Assembly: GCF_039654945.1 (NCBI RefSeq)
Contig: NW_027361688.1
Coordinates: 31,434,001 to 31,498,000, forward strand
DNA length: 64,000 nt
Direction of reading: 5' to 3'
From: Dendrobates tinctorius
Lineage: Eukaryota
Part shown: positions 23,701 to 35,700 of the stretch, piece after piece
Layout: every line of letters begins with the position of its first letter
Position numbering within the stretch: the stretch's first letter is position 1
Notes under the pieces: generated by a model
Seen by the model: only the letters and a program-made list of their open reading frames with translations
Databases searched by the model: none
Told to the model about the DNA's origin: nothing
Position numbers and translations under genes: made by a program

Positions 23701-26700
23701 CCTCGGGATGTATATGACCTATTAATATGGGCATACAGGTAACAGAAATGTTACACTAGTCCTACCTGTCTGCCTCATATGAATGGTCTTGTTGCTGAGA
23801 AATGTTATATTCTGTCTTCATGCTAATGATTTCTTCCAGGCTCCGGGGGGGTGCGGTGCCTGGAAGAAGTTTTTGGACAAATTTCTGAATTTTTTTTTAT
23901 CACTTAAAAAAAAACAAACAAACAAAAAAAAAAAACACTATACTGTATGGTAAAATCAATGGTGTCATTCAAAAGTACAACTCGTCTAGCAAAAAAAAAA
24001 AACGCTATAAGAGAGGTACAGAAGCACTATGATGTAACTCACCATGCCCTGCTGGTTCAGGAGCTTCTTGTCTTTCTCCTTGATCAGGTTATTCTTCATC
24101 TCGATGACAAAGTACAAGCTGTGCAGCTCCTGTTCCCAGAACTCTCCGGGGCTCCCATAATCCTTAGTAAATACCATAAAGGTGATATCATGAGAAAACA
24201 AAGAAGCAGCATTGGCCTCAATGACCGGAGTACGTGTATGTGGCTCAGAAATAGCACCGCGTTCTGGAAGCTTAAAGACAAGACGACTCTTGTAGAACTC
24301 CTGCATGAAATCGCTTGGACTTACTGATATCAGTGTCAGTCGGTCTGAACTTTTCCGGCACAGAAAAGGAACTTCATCCCCAGCGAATGACCAGTGAAGT
24401 GCTTTGAGGGGGATGGCCAGCCAGCTCAGTGCTTCGAGGGGGATGGCTAGCGAGCTCAGTGCTTCGAGGGAGCCGGCCAGCCAGCTCAGTGCTTCGAGGG
24501 GGCTGGCCATCCAACTCAGTGCTTCGAGGGGGCTGGCCATCCAACTCAGTGCTTCGAGGGGGCTGGCCATCCAACTCAGTGCTTCGAGGGGGATGGCCAG
24601 CCAGCTCAGTGCTTCGAGGGGGCCGGCCAGCCAGCTCAGTGCTTCGAGGGGGATGGCCAGCCAGCTCAGTGCTTCGAGGGGGCCGGCCAGCCAGCTCAGT
24701 ACTTCGAGGGGGATGGCCAGCCAGCTCAGTGCTTCGAGGGGGCCGGCCAGCCAGCTCAGTGCTTCGAGGGGGCCGGCCAGCCAGCTCAGTGCTTCGAGGG
24801 GGCCGGCCAGCCAGCTCAGTGCTTCGAGGGGGATGGCCAGCCAGCTCAGTGCTTCGAGGGGGCCGGCCAGCCAGCTCAGTGCTTCGAGGGGGCCGGCCAG
24901 CCAGCCCAGTGCTTCAAGGGGTTCCGGCCATCCAGCTCAGTGCTTCGAGGGGGGGAGGGGAATGGCCATCCAGCTCAGTGCTTCGAGGGGGATGGCCATC
25001 CAGCTCAGTGCTTCGAGGGGGATGGCCATCGAGCTCAGTGCTTCGAGGGGGATGGCCATCGAGCTCAGTGCTTCGAGGGGGATGGCCATCCAGCTCAGTG
25101 CTTCGACACAGCCAGCCTATAGAACTATGCCAGACAGCCAGCCTCCTTCAAGCAAGCCACTGGTCATGTGCAGACACTGAGAAGTGAGGAAAGTTACCCA
25201 TCTCTGTTACTTATCTTACATTGATTTGCTGGCCTGTCGCAATGTCAGATGTAGCCACGCCGCAACAATGACGTCGAGTCATATGGATTTCATAGAAAAA
25301 TATTCAGGATTGAGAGTCCTCAGTAGTTGATACCTTTTAATGGCTAACTGAAAAGATGGTAATACATTGCAAGCTTTCGAGACTACTCAGGTCTCTTCAT
25401 CAGGCTAGACTAATACAAAATCTGAAGTCACATATTTATGCACAATACAGCCTAGAAAAAATGCAATAGATAAGACAAGTGACGTGAAGCAGAACTATCA
25501 ATATGGGAGAGGGAGAAACATAAATATAAACATTGGACCAGTTCATAGATAAGGAGTCTGGATGTTTTATGGTCCTCTGATTGGGGTCTAGTTCTGTGTT
25601 GCCCCGCAAGGTTTTAAAAGGAAATTCCTTAATTGATGTAAAAAGACATAAATCCATGCGACACATTCATTCCAGCACTGAGAGTGTCAAAGTTCGTCAT
25701 AAATTTGTACTCCCAAACTCGTCTCTCTCTCTGAGATGTGAAGTTACCTTTCAATACCAGTAATTTCATATCCATGCTGCTGTGATCAGGGATACAGAAA
25801 TGTTTTGCCACAGGTAGATCCATTCTTTTTTCTCTTATAGTGTGACGATGAGCATTCATCCTTGTTCTAAGCTTTTGCCCTGTCTCCCCCACATACAGAC
25901 CCCCAGTTGGACATTTAGTACAAATAATTAAGTACACCCCATTAGATGTGATGCAGGTGAAAGTACCTGGGATCTTGTAGTCCTGATGTGAGTTGGGGAT
26001 CTTTATCTTGTCCGTGGTCATTATAAATGGACAGGTTTTACATTTTTTCTGGTTGCAAGGAAAGGTTCCTGCAGCTGTTGGAGAGGACAGGGAGCTTCTG
26101 ACAATGATGCTTCTTAAATTTGGGGGCTGCCTAAAACACAGTAGTGGGGGGTCTGGAAAAATGGATTTTAATCGGGCATCTTTTTGTAGTAAAGGTTGTA
26201 ATTTCCGTGCAGCTCCCCTTAGCACCTCCAGATTTGGGTTGTAGGTGACTACTAGAGGCACTCGGTTATTTTCTTCTTTAGCTTTGTAATGTAGCAGGTG
26301 ATTCCTTGACAATCTGGTGGCTCTTGTAATTTGGTTTTCAATTGTTCTTGGATGGTAACCCTGATTCAAAAAGGTCTTTTTGAGGCGACCAAGGTGTTTG
26401 TCTCTTTCCATGGGGTTGGAACATATACGATTGTATCTGATGGCTTGGCTATAGATAATAGAGTTCTTTATGTGTTTTGGATGGAAACTGTCCCATTTAA
26501 GGTATGTTGGACTGTCGATGTATCCTTCACCAGTGGTTTAAGAATACCCTCTACCCATCCAGATACCTGCTCAGTGAGGGTGCCCACACATGAAATAATT
26601 GGTCTTCCTGGATTTCCAGATTTGTGGATTTTGGGAAGCATGTAGAATGTCCCTATTCTTGGAGTCTCTGGTATCAGGTCATCGCCAGCTCTTATGGACT

Positions 26701-29700
26701 GGTCAGGCAGACAAGAAACCAACTTGTTTAGTTCCTTGTAATAGTCCTGTGTAGGACTCACTGAGTCCTCACTGAGCAGGTATCTGGATGGGTAGAGGGT
26801 ATTCTTAAACCACTGGTGAAGGATACATCCAGCTACATTCAGGACACAACTGACCTATTGAATAAACTAGCAGCAATAGGTCCTCTACCAGAAGGAACCA
26901 TCCTGGCCACCATGGATGTGGAATCTTTGTACTCTAATATCCCACACCAAGATGGTTTACATGCCTGCAAATTCTTCATGGAAAACACAGGGACTGATGC
27001 TGATGCTGTGGTGAAACTTATAAAATTCATCCTCACCCACAATTACTTTGAATTTGACAACAGGATCTATCTACAGGAGACTGGCACAGCTATGGGAAGT
27101 AAAATGGCTCCACAGTATGCAAATCTTTTCATGGCCAAGCTTGAAAGCGATTTTTTGTCCTCATGCCCCATCAGGCCCCTGGCCTACTACCGCTTCATTG
27201 ATGATATTTTAATCATCTAGACGGAGTCTGAGCAACAGCTAAAGACGTTCCACGAACAGTTTAATCAATTTCATCCCACCATCAATTTAACACTCAACTA
27301 CTCCAGTACCGAGATTAATTTTTTGGACACCATCATTAAGCTAAAAAACAATGAAATAGAGACATCCCTGTATCAGAAGCCAATCGACAGTCCAACATAC
27401 CTTAAATGGGACAGTTTCCATCCAAAACACATAAAGAACTCTATTATCTATAGCCAAGCCATCAGATACAATCGTATATGTTCCAACCCCATGGATAGAG
27501 ACAAACACCTTGGTCGCCTCAAAAAGACCTTTTTGAATCAGGGTTACCATCCAAGAACAATTGAAAACCAAATTACAAGAGCCACCAGATTGTCAAGGAA
27601 TCACCTGCTACATTACAAAGCTAAAGAAGAAAATAACCGAGTGCCTCTAGTAGTCACCTACAACCCAAATCTGGAGGTGCTAAGGGGAGCTGCACGGAAA
27701 TTACAACCTTTACTACAAAAAGATGACCGATTAAAATCCATTTTTCCAGACCCCCCACTACTGTGTTTTAGGCAGCCCCCAAATTTAAGAAGCATCATTG
27801 TCAGAAGCTCCCTGTCCTCTCCAACAGCTGCAGGAACCTTTCCTTGCAACCAGAAAAAATGTAAAACCTGTCCATTTATAATGACCACGGACAAGATAAA
27901 GATCCCCAACTCACATCGGGACTACAAGATCCCAGGTACTTTCACCTGCATTACATCTAATGTGGTGTACTTAATTATTTGTACTAAATGTCCAACTGGG
28001 GGTCTGTATGTGGGGGAGACAGGGCAAAAGCTTAGAACAAGGATGAATGCTCATCGTCACACAATAAGAGAAAAAAGAATGGATCTACCTGTGGCAAAAC
28101 ATTTCTGTATCCCTGACCACAGCAGCATGGATATGAAATTACTGGTATTGAAAGGTAACTTCACATCTCAGAGAGAGAGACGAGTTTGGGAGTACAAATT
28201 TATGACGAACTTTGACACTCTCAGTGCTGGAATGAATGTGTCGCATGGATTTATGTCTTTTTACGTCAATTAAGGAATTTCCTTTTAAAACCTTGCGGGG
28301 CAACACAGAACTAGACCCCAATCAGAGGACCATAAAACATCCAGACTCCTTATCTATGAACTGGTCCAATGTTTATATTTATGTTTCTCCCTCTCCCATA
28401 TTGATAGTTCTGCTTCACGTCACTTGTCTTATCTATTGCATTTTTTCTAGGCTGTATTGTGCATAAATATGTGACTTCAGATTTTGTATTAGTCTAGCCT
28501 GATGAAGAGACCTGAGTAGTCTCGAAAGCTTGCAATGTATTACCATCTTTTCAGTTAGCCATTAAAAGGTATCAACTACTGAGGACTCTCAATCCTGAAT
28601 ATTTTTCTATCCACTGGCTAACACGGTACAAAGATATACATCTTTCCTGTATGGATTTCATGTGCACCAACTACAAGCTAGTGCTATTATCAAGATAATA
28701 ACTCCTTTATCTGGTTGGGCAACCCATTTAAAGAGGACCTGTCACCAGGTTAAAAGTGAACACCTTTTGCTCTTATTTTATTTCTTCTCGCAGCTGTATT
28801 CCATTTTCTTTTAAATTAATCCACTATAGAGTTCCAGAAATATGGGCCTTTTACTTAGTGAAAATTTTTGTCCTTTACCCAGGAGGCGTAGCTAACAGGG
28901 AAAAAATGCAAAGCAGCCTAAAGAAACACCCCAGAGGATCCAGTGAGCCACACCCCCTTTGTAGAGATCATAAAAATTAACACTAAATAAAAGAGATCCA
29001 TATGTTTGGAATTGTACGGTGGATGTTAAAAGAAGAAAAATAATAATACAGGGGAACAGAGGGAATAAAATGTGAGCAACAAGTGACCACTTTAAAACTG
29101 GTGACCGATGCTTTTTAAAACTGTAAGATTCTGACTTCCTACAAAGTATTTTGAATGCATCTCACTAGGAAAAGTAAACCACATAGTATATGATTTTGCT
29201 TTAACATTGGCAACATGTACAATGGTTGGAGGGATTTTGCACAGGATGAATTCAACTAAAACAGATTCCAACGTCGACACACAAAATCCTAAAACAAATA
29301 AGCGTTAAATGCAAACGATTAAAATGTTCAACTTTTGAACTTTTTCTGATAGAGGGTCCCCTGGCTCAGAAAGTACGAGCCGGTCCTTTATGCCTCTATG
29401 TGTATGGCTAGAGGGAGGCTTGGAATGCAAAACACACCCAAGTGTGGAGAGATCATCAAAGGAGCGGGATTACTGCATTGTGCCCCGAAAGAAATAACAA
29501 TAAGCAACGCGTCGCAAGGGAAGAAACACCACACAAATCTGAGGAATTCAATTTTACCAAGAGGATTAAACTGTGCACGTACACCGTCAATGTAGCGCGG
29601 CGTTATGCCAAACGATGCAGGCGCTCAAAAGGTACCTACCTGACTGACACGTGACCCCCGGGAGACACAGTGGCGATATTGATGGAATGGCGCCATTCTG

Positions 29701-32700
29701 GGAGGTATGTCTTTTTCTTTACAGAGGAGTTATCCTGTAGCGGACACCCCCTTTAACTAAAGGCAGATCCTTTTCATTGGTTTTGTACCTTAATATGCCT
29801 CTCGCAGTTTTGTTTCAAGGCAGATTCCTCACTTTGCTGAATTTTTTGTAGAAGGGATTCCAGCTGGCTTTTCAGGTCAGTAGTGGTTTCCTATAAAAGT
29901 ATATATATATGGCGCAATGTATTAAAGCATTAAACACCTTAAAGGGGTTGTCATTAGCTGTTCCATCCAGATAGGGAATCAATAGAGAGATGGCCGTGAA
30001 TACGGAGGCATTCACTGTCCAGCAGATTGTGAGGCAGGACAGGGCTTCCGGGGCCTCCATTCTGCAGACCAATTCCGTGGAAAAGCTGTAAATATCTGCG
30101 ATGGAAATATTCTTTTAAAGGGAATCTGTCATTCTGTAATGCTGTAGATAAGCCTCCGATGTAACCTGAATGAGAAGAAAAACACGTTAGATTATACTCA
30201 CCGGGGTGGGCGGTCCGGTGGGCGTTGCGGTCCGGTCCGACGCCTCCCTTCTTCATACGATGCCGTCCTCTTCTCCCGTCCTGTAATGGCTGCGGCGCAA
30301 GCGCACTGCTCTGTTGAGGGCAGAGCAGAGTCCTGCAGTGCGCAGGCGTCTGGAGAGGTCCGGCGCCTGAGCACTGCAGAATTGTGCTCTGCCCTCAACA
30401 GGGCAGAGCAGTGCGCTTGCGCCGCAGCCATTACAGGACGGGAGAAGAGGACGGCATCATATGAAGAAGGGAGGCGTCGGACCGGACCGCAACACCCACT
30501 GGACCGGACCGCCCACCCCGGTGAGTATAATCTAACGTGTTTTTCTACTCTTTCAGGTTACATCGGAGGCTTATCTACAGCATTACAGAATGCTGTAGAT
30601 AAGCCCCTGATGTCTATGCCGGCAGCTGCAAGCCGAATAAAAGGGTGACAGATTCCCTTTAAGTTTGGTTCTTACCATAAGTGTGCTCTTTTCTTGTTCA
30701 AAGCTATTTTGCAACTCTGTAGGGAAAAAAAAAGTAAAGTTTCTTTAATCAATGATTGTAAGAACTAAAATATAAAAAAAAAAAAAACAACAACAACAAA
30801 ACTTATTACTATAATAATATAAAACACCAGGGGAAAAAAGCTACATGATAATACTATGTATGCGCTAATAATATATACAGTCATGCCCAAAAGTGTTGGC
30901 ACCATTGAAATTGTTCCAGAAAATGAAGTATTTTTCCCAGAAAGTTATTTCTATTACACACATTTTCTTATGGACATGTTTATTTTTTGGTGTGTATTGG
31001 AAAAACACAAAAAAAGGGAAAAAAAAAGGGGCAAATTGGTCATAATTTTCAAACAAAACCCCAAAAATGGGCCGGACAAAATTGTTGGCAGCTTCAATTT
31101 AATATTTGGTTGCACTCCCTGTGGAATAAATAACTGCAATCAATCGTTTCCTATAACCATCAACATGCTTCTTACACCTCTCACCTGGAATTTTGGACCA
31201 CTCTTCTTTTGCAAACTGCTCCAGGTCTCTCATATTTGAAGGCGCCTTCTCCCAACGACAATTTTAGGATCTCTCCACAGGTGATCAATGGGATTTAGAT
31301 CCGGACTCATTGCTGGCTACTTCAGAACTCTCCAGCACTTTGTTTCCATCTATTTCTGGGTGCTTCTTGAAGTATGTTTGGGGTCATGGTCCTGCTGGAA
31401 TACCTATGACCTAGAACGCAAACCCAGCTTTCTGACTCTGTGCACTACATTGCAACTCAAAGTCCTTTGTTAATCTTCAAATTTCATGATGCCTTGCACA
31501 CAGTCAAGTCACCCAGTGCCAGAGGCAACAAAACAACCCCAAAACATCTTTTAACCTCCACCACATTTTACTGTAGGCACTGTGTTCTTTTTATTGTAGG
31601 CCTCATTCCGTTTTTGGTAAACTGTAGAATGATGTGCTGTACCAAAAAGCTCTATCTTTGCTTTATTTATTCACCAGACGCTTTCCCAGAAAAACTTAGG
31701 CTGGAGTTTGACAAAATGTGAGTAAGCCAATCTTAAGGTCTCTGTGTCCTCCTGCCATAGTGTTTCATTTCATTCAAATGTCGATGGATAGGTTGCACGG
31801 ACACTGATGCACCCCCAGTCTGCAGGACAGCTTGAATTTTTCTGTTAATTGATTGGACTGGCTTATCCACCATCTGAACTATCTTGTGTTGCAATCTTTC
31901 AAAAATTTTTCTCTGTTGTTCACGTCCAGTAAAATAAGCTACAGTGCCATGGGTTGTAAACTTCTAGATTATGTTGGGCACCGTGGACAAAGGAGCATCA
32001 AGATCTATGGAGATGAACTTGTAACCTTGGAATTGTTGATATTTTTCATCAATTTTGGTTCTCAAGTCCTCAGACAGTTCTCTGCTCCTCTTTCCGTTCT
32101 CCATGCTTAGTGTGGCACACACACAGAATGCAAATATTGAACCCCCCTTTTTATCTGGTTTCAGGTGTGATTTTCATATTGCCCACACCTGTTACTTGCC
32201 ACAGGTGAATTTAAATGAGCATCATATGTTGAAACAGAGTTGATTACGCACAATTTTGGATAGGTGCCAACAGTTTTGTTTGGCCCATTTTGTGGATTGT
32301 GTGTGGAATTATGTCCAATTTACTTTTTTTCTGTTTGTTTTTGTGTTGTTCCAATACACATGAAGGAAACAAACATGTGTAATGGCAATAATTTTCTGGG
32401 AGAAATACTTCATTTTCTGGAACAATTTCATCTCAAGGGTGCCAACACTTTCGGCCATAACTGTACAGCACCATGATAGTGTTATGGGGACAGTGACCAC
32501 GTATGTGCTAAGAATATAAAATAACACATAAAATCTACACTAACATTTTCACATTTTAAATAAGTAAATCAACATAGGATTGGTGATAACATAACTTTGA
32601 ATGGTGAATAGCCAAGACCGCTTCAGTGGTGGACAGTGATACCCTCAAAACGCACTATTATTATTATTTTACTCACTTAAATAGCGCCATTAGTTCCACA

Positions 32701-35700
32701 GCGCTTTACAGACACTATCGGCACTGTCCCCATTGGGATCACAATCTACATTCCCAACCTCTATGTGTTTGGAGTGTGGGAGACCGTAGAACCCGGAGGA
32801 AACCACCGCAAACACGAGGAGAACAGACAAACTCCTTACAGATGTTGCCCTTGGTGGGATTTGAACCCAGGACCCAGTGATAACCACTGAGCCACCGTGC
32901 TACCTATACTAATGGTATTTGTAAGGGTTGCCATGGCAGGTGTGGCCTAGCAAACACCTCCAAGCCAGTCCCGTAGTAAAGCGACAGTCCTGTAGCAAAG
33001 CGGAACTTCAAAACAATGCTGCGCTCTTCAGCTCCCCCTGCTGTCAGTCCTCCTCCGTGCCATGATACATATTAATTTGTAGACCATTTTTTATGCATTG
33101 GCGCATCCTCACTTTCCCCTGACAGCAGTGTATATTAGCCTACATTATTTACCTGCAATTTTCACATCCATTTCAGCCTTCATTTCTGTGGTCTTCTCTG
33201 AAACCCGCTGCTCTGTTTCCACATCGGCTTCTCTCTTTGCCTGCAACAAGCATTTACGACTTATTCACCTGCACCATGTTTGCTGCAGGAAGCATCTGCA
33301 GGTGACCCCAGGGCAGACTGGCACTAAAACATGCAGCGCTTGATGCCGATTTCCCCGCGGATTTAAAAGGCATCGTAAAGAAACCTGTGCTGCCGAGTTG
33401 TCCTCTCCTAGCAGTGCTTCCATGCTGATCTTGGAGCATTCTGGCCTCCTGTGGTCCTGCTGTAGTGGTCACAAAGGACGTAATGTCACCACAGGAGACT
33501 GTGATGCACCAAGACCGGCATGGAAACACTGCCAAGAGTGGAAAATCGGTATGAAAAATGCACGTCACTTTTTTTTACATTTTGGGACTTACGGATTTTT
33601 CTGCTGACCCGTGGGTCCATGTATCAAAGAGTCACAGCTTCCAAAGCCGGACAGCAGTACTGAGTTGGTCCCCGATCTGGGCTTTTATGTGAACGCACCT
33701 GTCCCTTCAGCTCGTGTTCCAGCTCTTCTAGCTTGAGGCTGTTGGCCTTTTCCAGGGCCACCTTCTCCTCCTGGAATCTCTGAAGTAGACTTTTGATTTC
33801 CTGCTCATAGTCCTTGATCTTTTGAGTCCCGTTATCTACAAATTAGGTCAAGAAAACAAATGGAGACTATGGTGGAACCCAACAGACATAACATTATCTA
33901 ATACAAAACAATATACGGACAATGTAAAGGAAACCACTGATAATGTTCACGAGGGTCAACGTTAAAGGAGTTGTCCCCTACCTCATACTCCGCTTTTGTA
34001 CCTCCACCAGTGTCCCCTGCTGGTCTCTTGGTTTCCTCTATCTTCAGGGACACAGATTGGCTGCAGTGGGTTATTGTTTCATTCCAGCCGGAAGAAAGAG
34101 CTTAGAGACTGTTTTTATTTTTGTTCAAAAAGAACATGGCCACTGCAGCCAATCAGAAGCAGACAATTAGCTGCAGCGGTCACCTGATGTTCTGTCAAGT
34201 AGGAGGACAGCAGGAGAACGGCCAGAAAGAATAGGAAGTCCTATTAGATTTTTGGGAGGATCCAAGGGGTAATGTTTCTCCTTGTGGAGAGTGACAAACC
34301 AGGCCTGGCCTGCCAAGGTGAGGAGACCTCTAACCCCTGCAATGCTCCTCTAGGAAATCAAATATGCAAATTGCCTCTTCAGAGAAGAAGAGGACTAGAA
34401 CTCTAGTGCCACCTATTGGAGGCATCAATCCTTTAACAAGTCTTGACTTATGACTTAGGTCTTAGAATAATAATAATCATCTTTATTTTTATATAGCGCT
34501 AACATATTCCGCAGCGCTTTACAGTTTACACACATTATCATCACTGTCCCCGACGGGGCTCACAATCTAAATTCCCTATCAGTAGGTCTTTGGAATGTGG
34601 GAGGAAACCGGAGTAAGCGGAGGAAACCCACGCAAACACAGGGGTTTAGAACATACAAACTCCGTTCAGATGTTGTCCTTGGTGGGATTCAAATCCAGGA
34701 CTCCAGTGCTGCAAGGCTGCAGCGCTAACCACTGAGCCACCGTGCTGCCCATATAAAAGCCAAACCAAAATCTCAATTTGCAGACACCGTGTTTCAGGAT
34801 GTTGCCCCTCATCAGTGCAAAGTGTGAGATCTGGTATGACTAGATGAGAAGCGTTTGACCGGGATCCAAGGGGTAACATTTCTCCTTGTGGGGAGTGACA
34901 AATCAAGCCTCACCTGCCAATGCGAGGAGACCTCTAACCCCTGCAATGCTCCTTTTGGAAAACAATATGCAAATTGGAGCTTCAGAAAGGAAGAGGACTT
35001 GAACGCTAGTGCCACCTACTTCAAGTAGCGATCCTAGAAGTCAATATCGAGCCTTGCCATATGACTTCAACATTCAACAAATTCAGTAGGCTTATTTTTA
35101 GAATTGGACAGCACCCTGTTCCCCCCCTATGCTCAGATATTAATTGTGCAACAAAGAATTACAGAGAAACTGTCTCACCATTTACGTCATTTAGCTCTTG
35201 CGCTTCCTTTGCCTTGCGATGTCTCTAAATTAAAAGAAAAAGAGATATAAGGACCTCTATCCATGTAAGTGCAGGATCTACTGTATTTGTCAGCACTACA
35301 CAGCTATACATACTGGATCAAGATGGGTATTATAGTCAATGGACCTTCAAAGGCATACGGTCTCCATATTAATCTTGTGATAATTATTTTTTGGGGTATG
35401 TGTACTCCCACTTTCTCTAAGGTTCTATCAAACTTTTTCTAAAAAAGTTTCTACACAAACTTGAGTACGGTTCATCAGCATCGCCCAACTGGTGCGCTTT
35501 AATCTTTTCACTGCCACAGACAACTTCCAGGACTAGAATGTGTGTACTCTTATCACCATTTGGGTTGCGATTGCCACTGGAGGCCTACAAAAGGCTCCTG
35601 TCCCTTCCATATTTCAATGGTTCTTCTCACATATCTTGAGCAGTTCACAGCTCTACAGACTCCGGATTAGATGCGGATTCATCCGCGCGGATTTTGTAAA

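Larger units (their letters stand above)
25294..28649. mobile_element. Penelope-like retroelement (RT + GIY-YIG endonuclease) as a head-to-head inverted pair with 12-bp TSD
   Basis: Right arm (+, 26767-28649): RT motifs YIQDT, DVESLY, GTAMGS, RFIDD, then GIY-YIG VVYLIIC…[15 protein letters not shown]; in-frame TAG at 27218. Left arm (-, 25294-26760): near-identical copy with an internal deletion plus upstream [30 protein letters not shown] at 25282-25293 and 28650-28661. Confidence 0.95.
34258..35068 (-). mobile_element. Partial tandem (~1.6 units of ~320 bp) hammerhead-containing retrozyme/satellite-2-like repeat, interrupted by a SINE
   Basis: 34258-34430 is repeated at 34862-35030. Spacing is 604 bp, minus a 285-bp SINE. 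Each unit has ATGCAAAT; a hammerhead lies between the copies. Confidence 0.7.

Noticed and set aside
24404-25187. 250-aa repetitive ORFs (SQLSASRG / SSVLRGG)
   Set aside because: By-products of a stop-free 30-bp intronic minisatellite that is open in several frames; no promoter or splice context.
32820-32904. tRNA gene suggested by A and B boxes (also at 34680-34750 and 57173-57220)
   Set aside because: These are SINE heads followed by a V-domain and LINE tail; no complete cloverleaf.
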